64,000 nucleotides of DNA from an uncultured cyanobacterium (GTDB taxonomy: Bacteria > Cyanobacteriota > Cyanobacteriia > PCC-9006 > JAAUQQ01), in contig OY970368.1 of NCBI GenBank assembly GCA_963718615.1, forward strand, positions 2,464,001 through 2,528,000. Direction: 5' to 3'. Under the pieces are notes generated by a model. That model saw only the letters and a program-made list of their open reading frames with translations, made no database searches and was not told the DNA's origin. Positions 37,707 through 49,300 of the stretch are shown here, one piece after another. Position 1 is the first letter of the stretch. The number at the start of each line of letters is the position of its first letter. Made by a program: the position numbers and the translations under genes.

Positions 37707-40499
37707 TTAAGCTTCACGCGTGACGCGGATAATACTGTCGGTGACTGTTTCAAACGTATCGTCGTGACTGATCACAAAGAGCTGCCGAAAAGCCTTGAGA
37801 TTGGCGAGGGCCTCGGCGAGTTGCTCACGGCGCGGTCGATCCATATTTGTTGTCGGTTCATCAAAGAAGGCAATATCAAAATCCGCTAGCACCTTGAGCA
37901 ATGCCAGGCGGATCGCTAGGGCCGCTGCCATTTGTTCACCGCCGGAGAGGGTTTTAAAGTTACGCCAAACCGCCCCTTCTTGAATTTGAATCTCGTAGTC
38001 TTCGGTCCAGTTCAAGGCCATGTTTTGACGATTCATTAACTCACGGAAGAGGCGATCGCCCTCTCGCACAATTTCATTGAGATAGAACTGTGTAATTCTC
38101 GGGCCGCTTTGGTTATAAATACGTCTTGCATCTGCAATAAATTGTTGAACTTGCTGTTTCTGTTGGAGTTCTCCTTCAAGGCGATCGCAGGTTTTTAGCC
38201 AGTCCTGTCGTTGTTCCAATTCTCGCCCAAGGCGAGTCAGCTCTTGCTGCTGTCCCGGCAAAGCTCCGGCGAGCTGATCCCGCTGGGCCTTGGTATCGCT
38301 GTAGTCACGCTCCAGTTCGGCTAGGGTTTCCGGGTCATGGTCTCGCTGTAAATCCGCCAGGGCCTGCTGCACTTGGCTCACCTCCAACCGCAGTTTGGTC
38401 TGTTCCTGTTCTAGGGTTTGGAGTTGGGTGGTTCGCGCCGGTAGCGCTTGGGCTTCATTTTGCTGCTGGAGATACTGTTGGTAGCCCGCTTGATAACGTT
38501 GTTTGACGGCAGTTTGGGTTTGAATTTCAGTATCTAGAGAGCCATAGCACTGGAGCTGCTCGGTGAATTGGGCGATCGCCCTTTCGAGCTCCGTCTGTTC
38601 TTGTCTTAAGGCCTGTCGACGGGTTTGTAAGGCCTTTGCTTTCGCGCATTGCGTTTCCAGATAACGGGCTCGACCGCGCGGATCCTCTAGGGCTGCCAAG
38701 GTTTGCCGTTGAGCCTCAATGTGTTGTTGCAATTCAGGTTCTGCGGCTAGAGCTTGGTCTAAAACTGTCAGTTCTTGGCTGAGCTCAGCCCATTCCGCTT
38801 GGTACCGAGCCAACTGCTTTTCCTGTTCCGGTAAGGCTTCATAGGCCAATCGATCCCGCTGACGAGCCTTGAGTTCCGTTTGCAGTTGCTTAAGTTGGAG
38901 CCGTAACGCTTTGTCATTGGCTTGCGCTTGAATCTGGGCAAAGGTAAGCTCTAAGGCTTCTTTATCTTGTTGGTGATAGTTGAGACCGCTTTCTAGGGCG
39001 GTACGAGCCCGTTGCAACAACTCTTGCAAGGGAAGATTGTCGGAAGAGAGCAAGTTTGAATCTTGGGTAAAGGCTGCGATCGCCTTCAATACCGGCTTAA
39101 CCTGTCGTTGATGCTGTTGTTGATGGGTTTGGGTTTGTTCGGTTAATTGGCTCAAAATCTCCTGAAACTGTTGCGCGGCACTCACCTGACCGAGCTGGGT
39201 TTGCAGTTGCTGAACTTGGTTTTCTAAGGTGGGTACGGTTTCAACGGCTGCCGCTAGCGATCGCAACTGTTCAAGCGAGGCCGTTAACGTTTTAATTTGA
39301 GTTTGAACTTCGCTATACCGTTTCTGCGTACTGGCCTGCTGGAGGCGTTGGGCCTGTAGCTGCTGCACCTGAGTTTGAAGCTGTTGGAGTTCTGCTTCTA
39401 AGCGCAGTTGCGTTTGAATTTGTGGCTGCAAGCTTTGTAGAACTTGTTGAGCTTGCTCAATTTCAGCCAATTGCACATCCAGTTGACCCGCTTGCACCTG
39501 AAGGGGCATGAGCTTTTTTTGGGCCTGGGTCTGCTGATGCTGAAGCTTGGCGCGTTCCTGCTCCTGCTGGCGCAGTTGCTGGAGCTGAGTCTCCGCTTTT
39601 TGATAACCTTCGAAAGCAGTTTGCTGGGCTTCACAGAGAGACTGAGCGGCCTGGGCTTGGTGGACCAACTGCTGCTGCTGGGCGATCGCTTCTGTTTTCG
39701 CCTCCTGTTGCGTGGTTAGCTGAGCAACCTGTTGTTCAAGCTGGGTCATCACCCGAACCTGTTCAAGCCGAGTAACCCGATCCTGCTCAAGTACCGCAAG
39801 TTGTTCCGCTAATGTCCGTAAAAATGCTTCGGTATGGTCTACTGCCCGTCGTTGGGCTTTGTACTGCTCTTGAATTTGTTCCCAATCGGTGAGGCGATCG
39901 CGATAGTTTTCAAGGGTTTGCTGAAGGGTTTGGGTCTGGGTTTTGGCATAGGTTTCTAAATCACTGGATGCTTTGAAAGCTTGTTTGTAAGCTTCCACCT
40001 TCAAAATCGGGTCAAACACCTTACGCCGCTCGGTAGCCGATTTCAGAAAGTCCAGTGTGAAGGTGCCCTGAGGAATCCCAATCACATCCGCGAAGAGTTT
40101 AGATAAATCGGTTCCCTTGGGAATTCCCAAATGTTCCCGGAGCCACTGCTGGGCCGCTTCAATTTTATTGAGATCATCCAGCTTACGATTCAGTTGTGGA
40201 TCAAAGATTCGATAGCGATCGCCCCGTCCTTTCGCTGTTTCCCGCTGTACCGTATAGGTTCGACCATCATGGCTAGAAATAATAGAAACCACAACCTCAG
40301 CGCTTTTGGCATCTTGATACCGCAGCTCATCTTTGTTGTAGCCACTGCTATAGTCAAATAGAACCCAGGCGATCGCCTCTAAAATACTGGTTTTACCGGC
40401 ACCGTTTTCACCGCAAATGGCATTGACACCCGCTTGAAAGTCAAAATGGCGATCGCGATGAATCTTAAAGTTTTTCAGCGTGACGGATAGGATTTGCAT
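37707..40499 (-). CDS. sbcC: SbcC/Rad50-type SMC ATPase
   Basis: GENGAGKTS, coiled coil, LSGGEQ, FFDEPTTNMD, VISHD. Confidence 0.9.
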   Translation of the reverse strand: MQILSVTLKNFKIHRDRHFDFQAGVNAICGENGAGKTSILEAIAWVLFDYSSGYNKDELRYQDAKSAEVVVSIISSHDGRTYTVQRETAKGRGDRYRIFDPQLNRKLDDLNKIEAAQQWLREHLGIPKGTDLSKLFADVIGIPQGTFTLDFLKSATERRKVFDPILKVEAYKQAFKASSDLETYAKTQTQTLQQTLENYRDRLTDWEQIQEQYKAQRRAVDHTEAFLRTLAEQLAVLEQDRVTRLEQVRVMTQLEQQVAQLTTQQEAKTEAIAQQQQLVHQAQAAQSLCEAQQTAFEGYQKAETQLQQLRQQEQERAKLQHQQTQAQKKLMPLQVQAGQLDVQLAEIEQAQQVLQSLQPQIQTQLRLEAELQQLQTQVQQLQAQRLQQASTQKRYSEVQTQIKTLTASLEQLRSLAAAVETVPTLENQVQQLQTQLGQVSAAQQFQEILSQLTEQTQTHQQQHQRQVKPVLKAIAAFTQDSNLLSSDNLPLQELLQRARTALESGLNYHQQDKEALELTFAQIQAQANDKALRLQLKQLQTELKARQRDRLAYEALPEQEKQLARYQAEWAELSQELTVLDQALAAEPELQQHIEAQRQTLAALEDPRGRARYLETQCAKAKALQTRRQALRQEQTELERAIAQFTEQLQCYGSLDTEIQTQTAVKQRYQAGYQQYLQQQNEAQALPARTTQLQTLEQEQTKLRLEVSQVQQALADLQRDHDPETLAELERDYSDTKAQRDQLAGALPGQQQELTRLGRELEQRQDWLKTCDRLEGELQQKQQVQQFIADARRIYNQSGPRITQFYLNEIVREGDRLFRELMNRQNMALNWTEDYEIQIQEGAVWRNFKTLSGGEQMAAALAIRLALLKVLADFDIAFFDEPTTNMDRPRREQLAEALANLKAFRQLFVISHDDTFETVTDSIIRVTREA

Positions 40500-40541
40500 G
40501 GCGGCCAGTGGAACGAGTCTTGCCTAGGAAGTCTTTCCTAT

Positions 40542-40555
40542 GGTACAGGTGCTCC
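40542..40555. promoter_or_regulatory. Candidate LexA box overlapping the putative sbcC -10 element
   Basis: GGTACAGGTGCTCC, one mismatch to RGTACNNNDGTWCB; overlaps TACCAT on the minus strand about 40 nt upstream of sbcC. Confidence 0.4.
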
Positions 40556-40557
40556 TA

Positions 40558-41262
40558 TCAAAGTTCAAAGGTCAACCCCTGTTGTTGCAATCGGTGGTAG
40601 CGATCGGCGTCAAATTGATAGAGCTGAGCCGCTCGGTGACGGACGTTTTGCTGTTTTTCGCTTAAGGGCTGAAGCACATTCAGTTTCAGGATTTTCTTAC
40701 GAAAGTTACGTTTATCCAAGGGCTGATCCAACACGGTTTCGTAAAGTCGCTGTAGCTGTGTCAGCGTAAATTTCGGCGGCAAGAGCTCAAACCCAATCGG
40801 TTCGTAGCGCAACTTTCCCCGCAGTCGCTGAAGGGCGATCGCCACAATCTCTGCATGGTCAAAGGCTAGTGGCGGCAAATCGTTAACCCTCACCCACCGA
40901 GCCGCCGCCGCATCCGTTGCCGCCTGCAACGGATGGACCTCAAGACTAATCAGCGCATAGTAGGTCACACTCACCACCCGTTCACGGGGGTCACGTTCAA
41001 TTGCCCCAAAACTATAGAGTTGCTCCAAAAAAATATGAGCGACCCCCGTTTCCTCTTGAAGTTCTCGCCGGGCCGCTGCATCTAGACTTTCATCCAATTG
41101 CACAAATCCTCCCGGCAATGCCCATTGACCTTTGTAGGGCTCTAGCTTGCGACGAATCAACAAAAGCTTTAGGCCACTATTGCCCTCCCCGTTGCTATGG
41201 AAACCAAACACAACGCAGTCGACCGTTAAGGCAGGGCGTGGATAAGGATAGGAGTAAGCCAT
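40558..41262 (-). CDS. nrtR: NrtR-family Nudix transcriptional regulator
   Basis: [37 protein letters not shown], w[14 protein letters not shown]...DKRNFRKK. Confidence 0.9.
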   Translation of the reverse strand: MAYSYPYPRPALTVDCVVFGFHSNGEGNSGLKLLLIRRKLEPYKGQWALPGGFVQLDESLDAAARRELQEETGVAHIFLEQLYSFGAIERDPRERVVSVTYYALISLEVHPLQAATDAAAARWVRVNDLPPLAFDHAEIVAIALQRLRGKLRYEPIGFELLPPKFTLTQLQRLYETVLDQPLDKRNFRKKILKLNVLQPLSEKQQNVRHRAAQLYQFDADRYHRLQQQGLTFEL

Positions 41263-41329
41263 AGATCCTCCGCAGCTCCTCGAACGCAGCTCCTCAAACA
41301 TCAACTCTCGACAACCATCCTACCTTGAC

Positions 41330-41374
41330 ATCGTGTTATTTCAACACTATCTTGAGGTGTAAGATGTACACGAT
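41330..41374. promoter_or_regulatory. Two 21-bp palindromic NrtR-type operators
   Basis: ATCGTGTTATTTCAACACTAT (41330-41350) and GAGGTGTAAGATGTACACGAT (41354-41374), both GTGT-N7-ACAC, overlapping TTGACA-N17-TATCTT. Confidence 0.75.
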
Positions 41375-41418
41375 GGTAGGCAAGGCACAACCACGCCTAG
41401 AAAAACCGAGTAATCACC

Positions 41419-42450
41419 ATGATGTCACCATTGCCCATTCCTTCCTGCTTCGAGCGCGATCGCGCTGGCCAGCTTTATCGCGTTGCCTACCAGGAGCGAG
41501 CGGCTGAAGCCAAAGCCTGGGCCGAGGCACACCAAATTCCATCTGCCAGCATTGATTCCCAGCGGATTTGCCTCTTGGCGATTGACGTACAAAACACGTT
41601 TTGTCTACCCGAGTTTGAACTCTTTGTTGGTGGCCGTTCAGGCACAGGAGCCATTGACGATACGGCTCGGCTCTGCGAATTTATCTATCGCAATCTCGGG
41701 CAGATCACCGAAATTGTGTCGACCATGGATACTCACACTGCTACACAAATTTTCCATCCCTTGTTTTGGCTCAATTCCCACGGGGAACATCCAAGTCCCA
41801 TGGGTTTGATCCAATGGGACGAGGTCATTCAGGGAAAGTGGCATGTCAATCCAGCCCTGGCCCAAAGTTTGAACACCGATCTAACATCCTTGCAAGACTA
41901 TGCACTGCACTATACTCGTCAACTCAGTCAAGCGGGCAAATATCCACTGACTATTTGGCCCTATCATGCAATGCTCGGCGGCCTCGGTCATGCTTTAGCC
42001 TCTGCCTTTGAAGAAGCCTGTTTTTTCCACTCGATCGCCCGCCAAACCCAAACCCATTTTGAATTAAAAGGCAGCAATCCCCTCACTGAAAATTATTCGG
42101 TTTTGCGACCCGAAATTTTAGACAACGCAACAGGAGAAGCGATCGCCCAGAAAAATATAACATTGATTAATCATCTCCTAAGTTTTGATGCGATTTTGAT
42201 TGCAGGTCAGGCCAAAAGCCACTGCGTCGCTTGGACCATTGCGGATTTACTCGATGAAATTGAACGCCGCGATCCTCATCTAGCCCAAAAAGTTTATCTT
42301 TTAGAAGATTGCACCTCCCCGGTCGTCGTACCAAATCTGGTAGACTTTACCGAACAGGCAAATGCAGCCTATGAACGCTTTTCTGAAGCTGGAATGAAAC
42401 GCGTCAATGCAACCGAACCTCTAGAGCAATGGCTGTTCAAACATCGTTAA
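41419..42450 (+). CDS. Isochorismatase-family cysteine hydrolase (nicotinamidase-like)
   Basis: LLAIDVQNTF, TMDTH, IWPYHAM, AGQAKSHCV; divergent from nrtR. Confidence 0.85.
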   Translation: MMSPLPIPSCFERDRAGQLYRVAYQERAAEAKAWAEAHQIPSASIDSQRICLLAIDVQNTFCLPEFELFVGGRSGTGAIDDTARLCEFIYRNLGQITEIVSTMDTHTATQIFHPLFWLNSHGEHPSPMGLIQWDEVIQGKWHVNPALAQSLNTDLTSLQDYALHYTRQLSQAGKYPLTIWPYHAMLGGLGHALASAFEEACFFHSIARQTQTHFELKGSNPLTENYSVLRPEILDNATGEAIAQKNITLINHLLSFDAILIAGQAKSHCVAWTIADLLDEIERRDPHLAQKVYLLEDCTSPVVVPNLVDFTEQANAAYERFSEAGMKRVNATEPLEQWLFKHR

Positions 42451-42474
42451 TCCAGATCCCGAAGAGAAAAGCCA

Positions 42475-42924
42475 ATGAGAATTCGAACGGCTACGATCGC
42501 AGACATTCCAGCACTCTGCCCATTATTAGAAAGTTTGTTTACTCAAGAAGTTGAGTTTCAACCGAATCGTACCCAGCAACTTCAAGGGTTAACAGCCATT
42601 TTAGAAAATTCTCAAATCGGCGATATTCTAGTCGCAGAAACCGAGAGTCAAGTCATTGGCATGGTGAACTTGCTGTACACCGTTTCGACCGCCCTCGGCA
42701 GTCGGGTTGCCCTGCTCGAAGATTTGATCGTTGCGCCCGAATCACGCGGTCAGGGTGTGGGCTCGAAATTAATTGAACAGGCGATCGCCCTCGCCAAAAC
42801 TAAAGATTGTCGACGCATTACATTACTCACGGATATCGACAACCTAGCAGCCCATCGATTCTACCATCGCCATGGCTTTCACTCGTCTTCAATGATTGTT
42901 TTTCGCCACTCGATTGATCTGTGA
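42475..42924 (+). CDS. GNAT N-acetyltransferase
   Basis: LEDLIVAPESRGQGVGSKL, NLAAHRFY. Confidence 0.9.
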   Translation: MRIRTATIADIPALCPLLESLFTQEVEFQPNRTQQLQGLTAILENSQIGDILVAETESQVIGMVNLLYTVSTALGSRVALLEDLIVAPESRGQGVGSKLIEQAIALAKTKDCRRITLLTDIDNLAAHRFYHRHGFHSSSMIVFRHSIDL

Positions 42925-43121
42925 CACATACAGGATTAGGCAGGTCGGTAATTCCTTTCTCCATATTTACCCGAAACCCTACGATCGCAACCTGTGGATC
43001 TCAGTAGCAAATCCTACTACATCCTGCGGCAGATTGCGACTCGGCGACTCGCTTAGCACACTGCCGCTTTTTTAACTGCCTTGTTAACGCGTTGATTGAC
43101 CGCGTTGACCGCTGTTAAAAA

Positions 43122-43775
43122 TTAAAATTCAATTCCCGGCTGTGCTTTCACGCCCTGTTCACGAAAGGGATGCTTGACCAAGGTCATCTCCGTAACCAAG
43201 TCAGCCTGTTCAATCAACGCCGCAGGCGCACCTCGTCCCGTAAGAATCACATGACAATCCTCAGGTTTTTCCTGTAACCCAGCTAACACTTGCTCCACCG
43301 TGAGATAACCCAGCTTGAGCGCAATATTGACCTCATCCAGCAACACCAAGCGAAACGTCGGTTCCCGGATATAGTCCAAGGCCATCGCCCAAGCTTCCTG
43401 GGCTTTTTGAGTGTCGCGATCGCGATCTTGCGTCTCCCAGGTAAAACCTTCGCCCATGGCCCGAAAAATGAGCTGCTCGCCTTCCCAAAGCTGAAAAGCA
43501 GCCTTCTCTGCTGGCTCCCAAGCGCCTTTAATAAACTGAACAATCGCTACCCGATAACCGTGACCGAGCGATCGCAAAACCATACCCAGGGCTGCCGTGG
43601 TTTTACCTTTACCATTGCCCGTGTTAACAATAATCAGTCCCTTTTCCTGACTGCGCTCTGCCAAGCGTTTTGCTTGCACGGCCTTGCGTTGCTGCATTTT
43701 TTTTTGATACTGCTCATCACTCAGTAGAGGAGCGGCATCGGACAAAGATTGTGCGGCTTGATCAAGGGAAGACAT
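43122..43775 (-). CDS. cobO: Cob(I)alamin adenosyltransferase
   Basis: NTGNGKGKTTAALG, VQFIKG, LLDEVN, LTGRGAP, KHPF..G..AQPGIEF. Confidence 0.95.
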   Translation of the reverse strand: MSSLDQAAQSLSDAAPLLSDEQYQKKMQQRKAVQAKRLAERSQEKGLIIVNTGNGKGKTTAALGMVLRSLGHGYRVAIVQFIKGAWEPAEKAAFQLWEGEQLIFRAMGEGFTWETQDRDRDTQKAQEAWAMALDYIREPTFRLVLLDEVNIALKLGYLTVEQVLAGLQEKPEDCHVILTGRGAPAALIEQADLVTEMTLVKHPFREQGVKAQPGIEF

Positions 43776-43884
43776 AGAAATTAATGAAATCAATAAAACG
43801 CCAAAATCTATTGTAGAAGACCAACGAATGGGAAACTTTCGAGATACCTTAATCCTACGGACCTTCACTCATTGCTGTTGTGCC

Positions 43885-44664
43885 ATGCTTCCTAACGCTT
43901 CTCCCACAGATCAAGCTACAGATCAGGCTATAAGCCAGGCTACAAATAAAACTAAAACGATAAACAAAGCTTCACCCGTTCCCCATCAGCTCCGGCTCTA
44001 TCTTGACACGGCTGAAACTGATTTGTGGGAAGCCTGGCTCGCCACGGGGCTTTTCTATGGAGTAACGACCAATCCGCTGCTACTGGAGCGGGCACAGTTA
44101 CCTTGTACGTTAGATCAACTCACTCGACTTGCAAAGCAGGCATTCGACTTAGGCATGCAGGAAGTTCAGCTACAAACCTGGGGAGGAACTGTGGATGCTT
44201 GGGTCAAGCGAGGAGAACAAATTGCCGCCATTGACCCTCGCATTGTGGTGAAAGTACCTGTGACCCAAAGCGGAACGATCGCGGCCTTACGCCTCATTCA
44301 TCAGGGTATTCCGGTAACGCTAACAGGCATCTATGAGGTTCATCAAGTTCTCATTGGGGCATCCCTGGGCGCAGCCTATGTTGCTCCTTACCTCGGTCGA
44401 ATTAATGATTTTGGTCGAAATGGTCGTGAGGTTTTAGCCACAATGCAGCAGGTTTTACAAGGACTGGGTAGCACAACTCGAATTTTGGCAGCCAGTATTC
44501 GAGACATCGGCGATTTATCCTATTTAGCTAGTCAAGGACTGGATACGTTTACCTTTTCTGCCAAAATTGCATCTCAGTTTTTTGATGTTCCAGCAACAAA
44601 ATTAGCGACTGCGGATTTTGAACGGGCTGCTAAATCTAGCCAATCCATGAGTAATGCCAAATAA
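43885..44664 (+). CDS. Transaldolase family protein (FSA/TalC type)
   Basis: LYLDTA, GVTTNP, VVKVP, YVAPYLGRI, ILAASIR. Confidence 0.88.
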   Translation: MLPNASPTDQATDQAISQATNKTKTINKASPVPHQLRLYLDTAETDLWEAWLATGLFYGVTTNPLLLERAQLPCTLDQLTRLAKQAFDLGMQEVQLQTWGGTVDAWVKRGEQIAAIDPRIVVKVPVTQSGTIAALRLIHQGIPVTLTGIYEVHQVLIGASLGAAYVAPYLGRINDFGRNGREVLATMQQVLQGLGSTTRILAASIRDIGDLSYLASQGLDTFTFSAKIASQFFDVPATKLATADFERAAKSSQSMSNAK

Positions 44665-44706
44665 TTAATGATGATAAAATACCTCTAGAAATATATTTGT
44701 AGGAAT

Positions 44707-44737
44707 TTGTAGGAATATAAGGATCATATTCCTACAA
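44707..44737. terminator. Hairpin between convergent genes
   Basis: TTGTAGGAATAT-N7-ATATTCCTACAA perfect 12-bp stem. Confidence 0.65.
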
Positions 44738-44784
44738 GCATTAAAGCATCAACCCAGATTTAGAAATGCGGTATTGCAGTATCG

Positions 44785-45273
44785 TTACAGCGCATCTTTA
44801 ATATCTTCACCCGTCCGTTGGATAGATTTTTTCAGATCCCGAGCTACATCCTGAGCACTGTCTAGGGCATCTGCAGCTTGACGCTTTCCTCCTTTCAGAA
44901 CGTCTTCACCCTTGTTTTGAGCTTTATCTAAGGCATTTTCAGCCTTGTCAGACATTCTTCCAACCGCCTTATCCACACGAGCCGTATCGCTGTGAGCCCG
45001 AGATTGAATCACTGCACCGGGACTATCATAACGAGGGTCGTCGTTAAAGTTATTCATGCCCCCAACCTTAGGTTGTACCGTATCATACAAATTGGTTTCT
45101 CCAGCCGCTTTTGAAGTCGGGGAAGAAGCCATAGATGAAGGCGTTGTTGAACCGCAGGCAGTAGTGAATAATAAAATACCACTCGCCAGGAAGATACAAA
45201 AAGTCTGACGCAAACCCCGAACCAAAGCTTGAGAATGACCGATGGCTTTACCTAACGATAGAAAGAAGTTCAT
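44785..45273 (-). CDS. Hypothetical lipoprotein with LEA/CsbD-like helical tail
   Basis: LLFTTACG lipobox, GGMNNFND motif, A/D/K-rich helix. Confidence 0.75.
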   Translation of the reverse strand: MNFFLSLGKAIGHSQALVRGLRQTFCIFLASGILLFTTACGSTTPSSMASSPTSKAAGETNLYDTVQPKVGGMNNFNDDPRYDSPGAVIQSRAHSDTARVDKAVGRMSDKAENALDKAQNKGEDVLKGGKRQAADALDSAQDVARDLKKSIQRTGEDIKDAL

Positions 45274-45411
45274 AAACGACTCCAAAACAATTTCACTCTC
45301 CCTAGTTAAGCGTTATCTTGCAGACGCGTCCCCTAACTAAAGAAGGATCTCAAAGCATTGGTATTCCCTTAGCGTAAAAGCTGAAGTCATCTTTGAGGGA
45401 ACAATCAAGCC

Positions 45412-46281
45412 ATGCAAGCAACTGAGTTCAGACCCACTCCGGATGAAATTCCTGGCCAAAAACTGCCTTATCCAGCCAGTCAAGCGGATATGGTGCCACA
45501 GCCCGACAGCGATCTGTCAAACTACAAACCGGCCCATAAGTTGGAAGGAAAAGTTGCCATTATTACAGGCGGCGACTCTGGTATCGGGCGAGCGGTGGCG
45601 ATCGCCTACGCTCTAGAGGGAGCCAAAGTGGCAATTCTTTATAATGAAAACGACGAAGATGCTGCTGTCACCAAAGCTGAAGTTGAGCAACGCGGCAGCC
45701 AATGTTTACCCATTCGGATGGATGTGCGGGATCCGGCTGCTTGCAAAGCAGCCGTGCAGCAAACCCAAGAAACCTTTGGTCATTTGAATATTCTAGTTAA
45801 CAATGCGGCTTATCAAATGACCCAAAAGAAATTTGAAGACATTCCAGAAGAACAGTTTCGTAGAACCCTAGAAACAAACATCTTCGGCTATTTTTATATG
45901 GCTCAGGCGGTATTACCTCATCTTCAAGCGGGGGATGTCATTGTCAATACAGGGAGCATTGTTGGCAAAATTGGTAAAGGGTTTTTGGTCGACTATGCAA
46001 CTAGTAAAGGAGCCGTGCATGCCTTTACAAAGTCCCTTGCCCAAAGTCTAGCTGAGCGAAAGATTCGGGTTAACGCTGTTGTACCTGGTCCCGTGTGGAC
46101 GCCCAATATCCCAGCAACAATGCCGATTGAAATGGTAGATAATTACGATCGCGACAACGCTATGGAACGAGCGGGTCAACCCGAAGAACTAGCCCCCGCT
46201 TACGTTTTTCTAGCGGCAGAAGATAGCAGCTTTGTGACAGGAGCCTTGCTTGACGTCACGGGAGGACAGCTATCAAGCTAA
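45412..46281 (+). CDS. Classical SDR oxidoreductase (YghA/YhdF general stress type)
   Basis: ITGGDSGIG, LVNNAA, YATSK, PGPVWTP. Confidence 0.92.
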   Translation: MQATEFRPTPDEIPGQKLPYPASQADMVPQPDSDLSNYKPAHKLEGKVAIITGGDSGIGRAVAIAYALEGAKVAILYNENDEDAAVTKAEVEQRGSQCLPIRMDVRDPAACKAAVQQTQETFGHLNILVNNAAYQMTQKKFEDIPEEQFRRTLETNIFGYFYMAQAVLPHLQAGDVIVNTGSIVGKIGKGFLVDYATSKGAVHAFTKSLAQSLAERKIRVNAVVPGPVWTPNIPATMPIEMVDNYDRDNAMERAGQPEELAPAYVFLAAEDSSFVTGALLDVTGGQLSS

Positions 46282-46358
46282 TCTCAATCCAAGTTCGTCA
46301 CAGAAGGTGCAAGCTACAATGGGGAAGAGACAACCTTTTGACTAACGGTCGCTTCCGT

Positions 46359-49300
46359 ATGCCTCGTATTGTTTTGATTGCTGGCTTTGAATCATTTAAC
46401 GCGGATCTCTATCGCAAAGCCGCACTACAGGCCGAGGCTGGCTGGCCTCAGGAGGAAGGGACGGGGTTGGCTATACAGGTTTTTAGCGATCGCGACCTCA
46501 TTACCCATCCCCACATTATCGAGACCGCATTAGCCCAAGCGGATGTCTTTTTCGCCAGCCTTTTATTTGATTACGATCAAGTGATCTGGCTACGCGAACG
46601 GGTTCAGTCTATCCCCATTCGGCTAATTTTTGAGTCCGCATTGGAGCTAATGTCATTGACACGGCTGGGCAAGTTTATTATTGGCGAAAAGCCCAAAGGC
46701 ATGCCCAAGCCGATTCAGTTTATCCTGAGTAAGTTTGGTAGTGGCAATGAAGAGGATAAGCTAGCGGGCTATTTGAGCTTTTTGAAAGTAGGACCTAAAT
46801 TGCTGAAGTATATTCCAGCAAAAAAGGTTCAGGATTTACGCAATTGGTTGATTATTTACGGCTACTGGAATGCCGGTGGTGCTGATAACGTTGCTGCGAT
46901 GTTTTGGTATATCGCCCAGCAATATTTTGAGTATGACCAACCCGATTCTACAGGAATAAACCCTCGTTTTCCTCGACAAAAACAGAATAACCGATTTGCC
47001 ATTCCAGATCCTGTTGAAACCCCAAATTTAGGGTTATTCCATCCAGACCATGAGGGATATTTTGAAACGCCACGGGCCTATTTAGATTGGTGGCGATCGC
47101 GAAATCTTTCTAGGAATCGCCTAACGCTAGACTGCCCGGTAGTGGGAATCTTGCTCTATCGAAAACACGTCATTACAAAACAGCCTTATATTCCCAAACT
47201 CATTCGTCAGTTTGAAGCAGCGGGATTGATACCACTCCCTATCTTTATTAATGGGGTAGAAGGTCATGTAGCGGTCCGAGACTGGATGACCACAGCCTAT
47301 GAACAGGCTCAACGTAGTCTCGGAAATATCGAAACCAAGTCCCTATCTCAGGATGCAGCGCAGGTGGATGCCATTATTTCAACCATCGGGTTTCCCCTGG
47401 TTGGAGGACCTGCAGGCTCGATGGAAGCAGGACGACAAGTTGCCGTAGCTACAAAAATTTTGCAAAGCAAAAATGTACCCTACTTAATTGCCGCACCTCT
47501 GTTAATTCAAGATATTCATTCTTGGACAAGAACAGGAATCGGTGGATTGCAAAGCGTTGTTCTGTATTCGTTGCCAGAGCTAGATGGAGCAATCGATACG
47601 ATTCCCCTAGGGGGATTAGTTGGGGATGATATTTATTTAATTCCTGAGCGAGTTCAGCGGCTAATTGGCCGCGTTAAAAGTTGGATTGCGCTGCGGCGAA
47701 AACAAGCCACCGATCGTAAAATTGCTATTGTCCTTTACGGATTTCCACCGGGCTACGGTGCAACCGGAACAGCGGCCTTACTCAATGTACCGAAATCACT
47801 CATTCGGTTTTTACAAGCTTTGCAAGACCAGGGCTATGAAATCGGAAAAATTCCTGAGGATGGAGAGGAATTAATTCGACAGATTCAAGCCGCAAATGAC
47901 GAAAATGCCTGGGCCTTGGCGATCGCCCAAAAAGCCATCCCCTCTAACATCCCAGCCAACACCCCGACTAACACCGCAATTCCCAATTCCGTCAATGTCA
48001 AGCAATTGGAACGTTGGCTGGGATATTTACAAACTTCCCGCATTGAAAAGCAGTGGCAATCGCTTACCGAAACTGGAATTAAAACCTACGGAGATCAGTT
48101 CCATGTGGGCGGAATTCAACTGGGGAATATTTGGATTGGTGTTCAGCCTCCCCTAGGCATTTCCGGGGATCCGATGCGGCTCATGTTTGAGCGAGACCTC
48201 ACCCCCCACCCCCAGTACGCCGCCTATTATCAATGGCTTCAGCATGAATTTGCCGCTGATGCCATCGTCCACTTTGGGATGCATGGCACCGTCGAATGGC
48301 TGCCTGGTTCTCCCCTAGGAAATACAGGCTATTCTTGGCCAGATCTCCTGTTGGGAAACCTGCCTAATCTCTATATTTATGCTGCCAATAATCCCTCAGA
48401 GTCAATCCTTGCAAAACGGCGCGGCTACGGCGTTTTAATTTCCCATAATGTCCCTCCCTACGGTCGTGCAGGCTTGTATAAAGAGCTAGTCAGCTTGCGG
48501 GAACTGATTGCAGAATATCGAGAGAATCCCGCCGCAAACTCCCTCTTAATTGAAGCGATCGCCAAAAAAATCGCCGATACCGGCCTCGCCGCTGATTGCC
48601 CCTTCAAAGATGCTCAAAAGCTAGGGATTGAATTGACCAGCGAGAACCTTAAGCTTTTTAGTCCACCGGTTATTCAAGCCTATTTAGGCGAGCTCTATGA
48701 ATATTTGCAAATCCTAGAAAGCCGTTTATTTTCGTCGGGTTTACATGTCCTCGGCCAACCCCCTACCCCTGAAGAACTACAGTCCTATTTGAATGCCTAT
48801 TTCCAAGATGAGCTGCCAGATTGGGCGATTGCCTCTATCCTCCAAGGTGCAACTATCGATCAGCTTTTGCAGGAATATTTTCAACGCTGGACTGACGACA
48901 ATCCAGGCAAGATTCCTCGTTTAGATCCGAGCTTTCGCGATCGCCTCGAAACCGCCATTCCTCTCTGTTGCCAGCTAGCCGATCTGCTTCGCCAAAATAG
49001 TGATGAATTAACGAACCTGCTCCGGGGATTGAATGGCGAATACATTCCTCCGGCACCGGGGGGAGATCTGCTGCGGGATGGTCCTGGTGTACTGCCCACA
49101 GGACGTAATATTCATGCCTTAGATCCCTATCGAATGCCAAGTCCAGGGGCTTTTGAACGCGGACGGGCGATCGCCCAACGCATTATTGCCCAACATTTGC
49201 AGGATCATCAAACCTATCCCGAAACGGTAGCGGTGATGCTTTGGGGGCTGGATGCGATCAAAACGAAAGGAGAATCACTGGGTATTTTATTAGAACTTGT

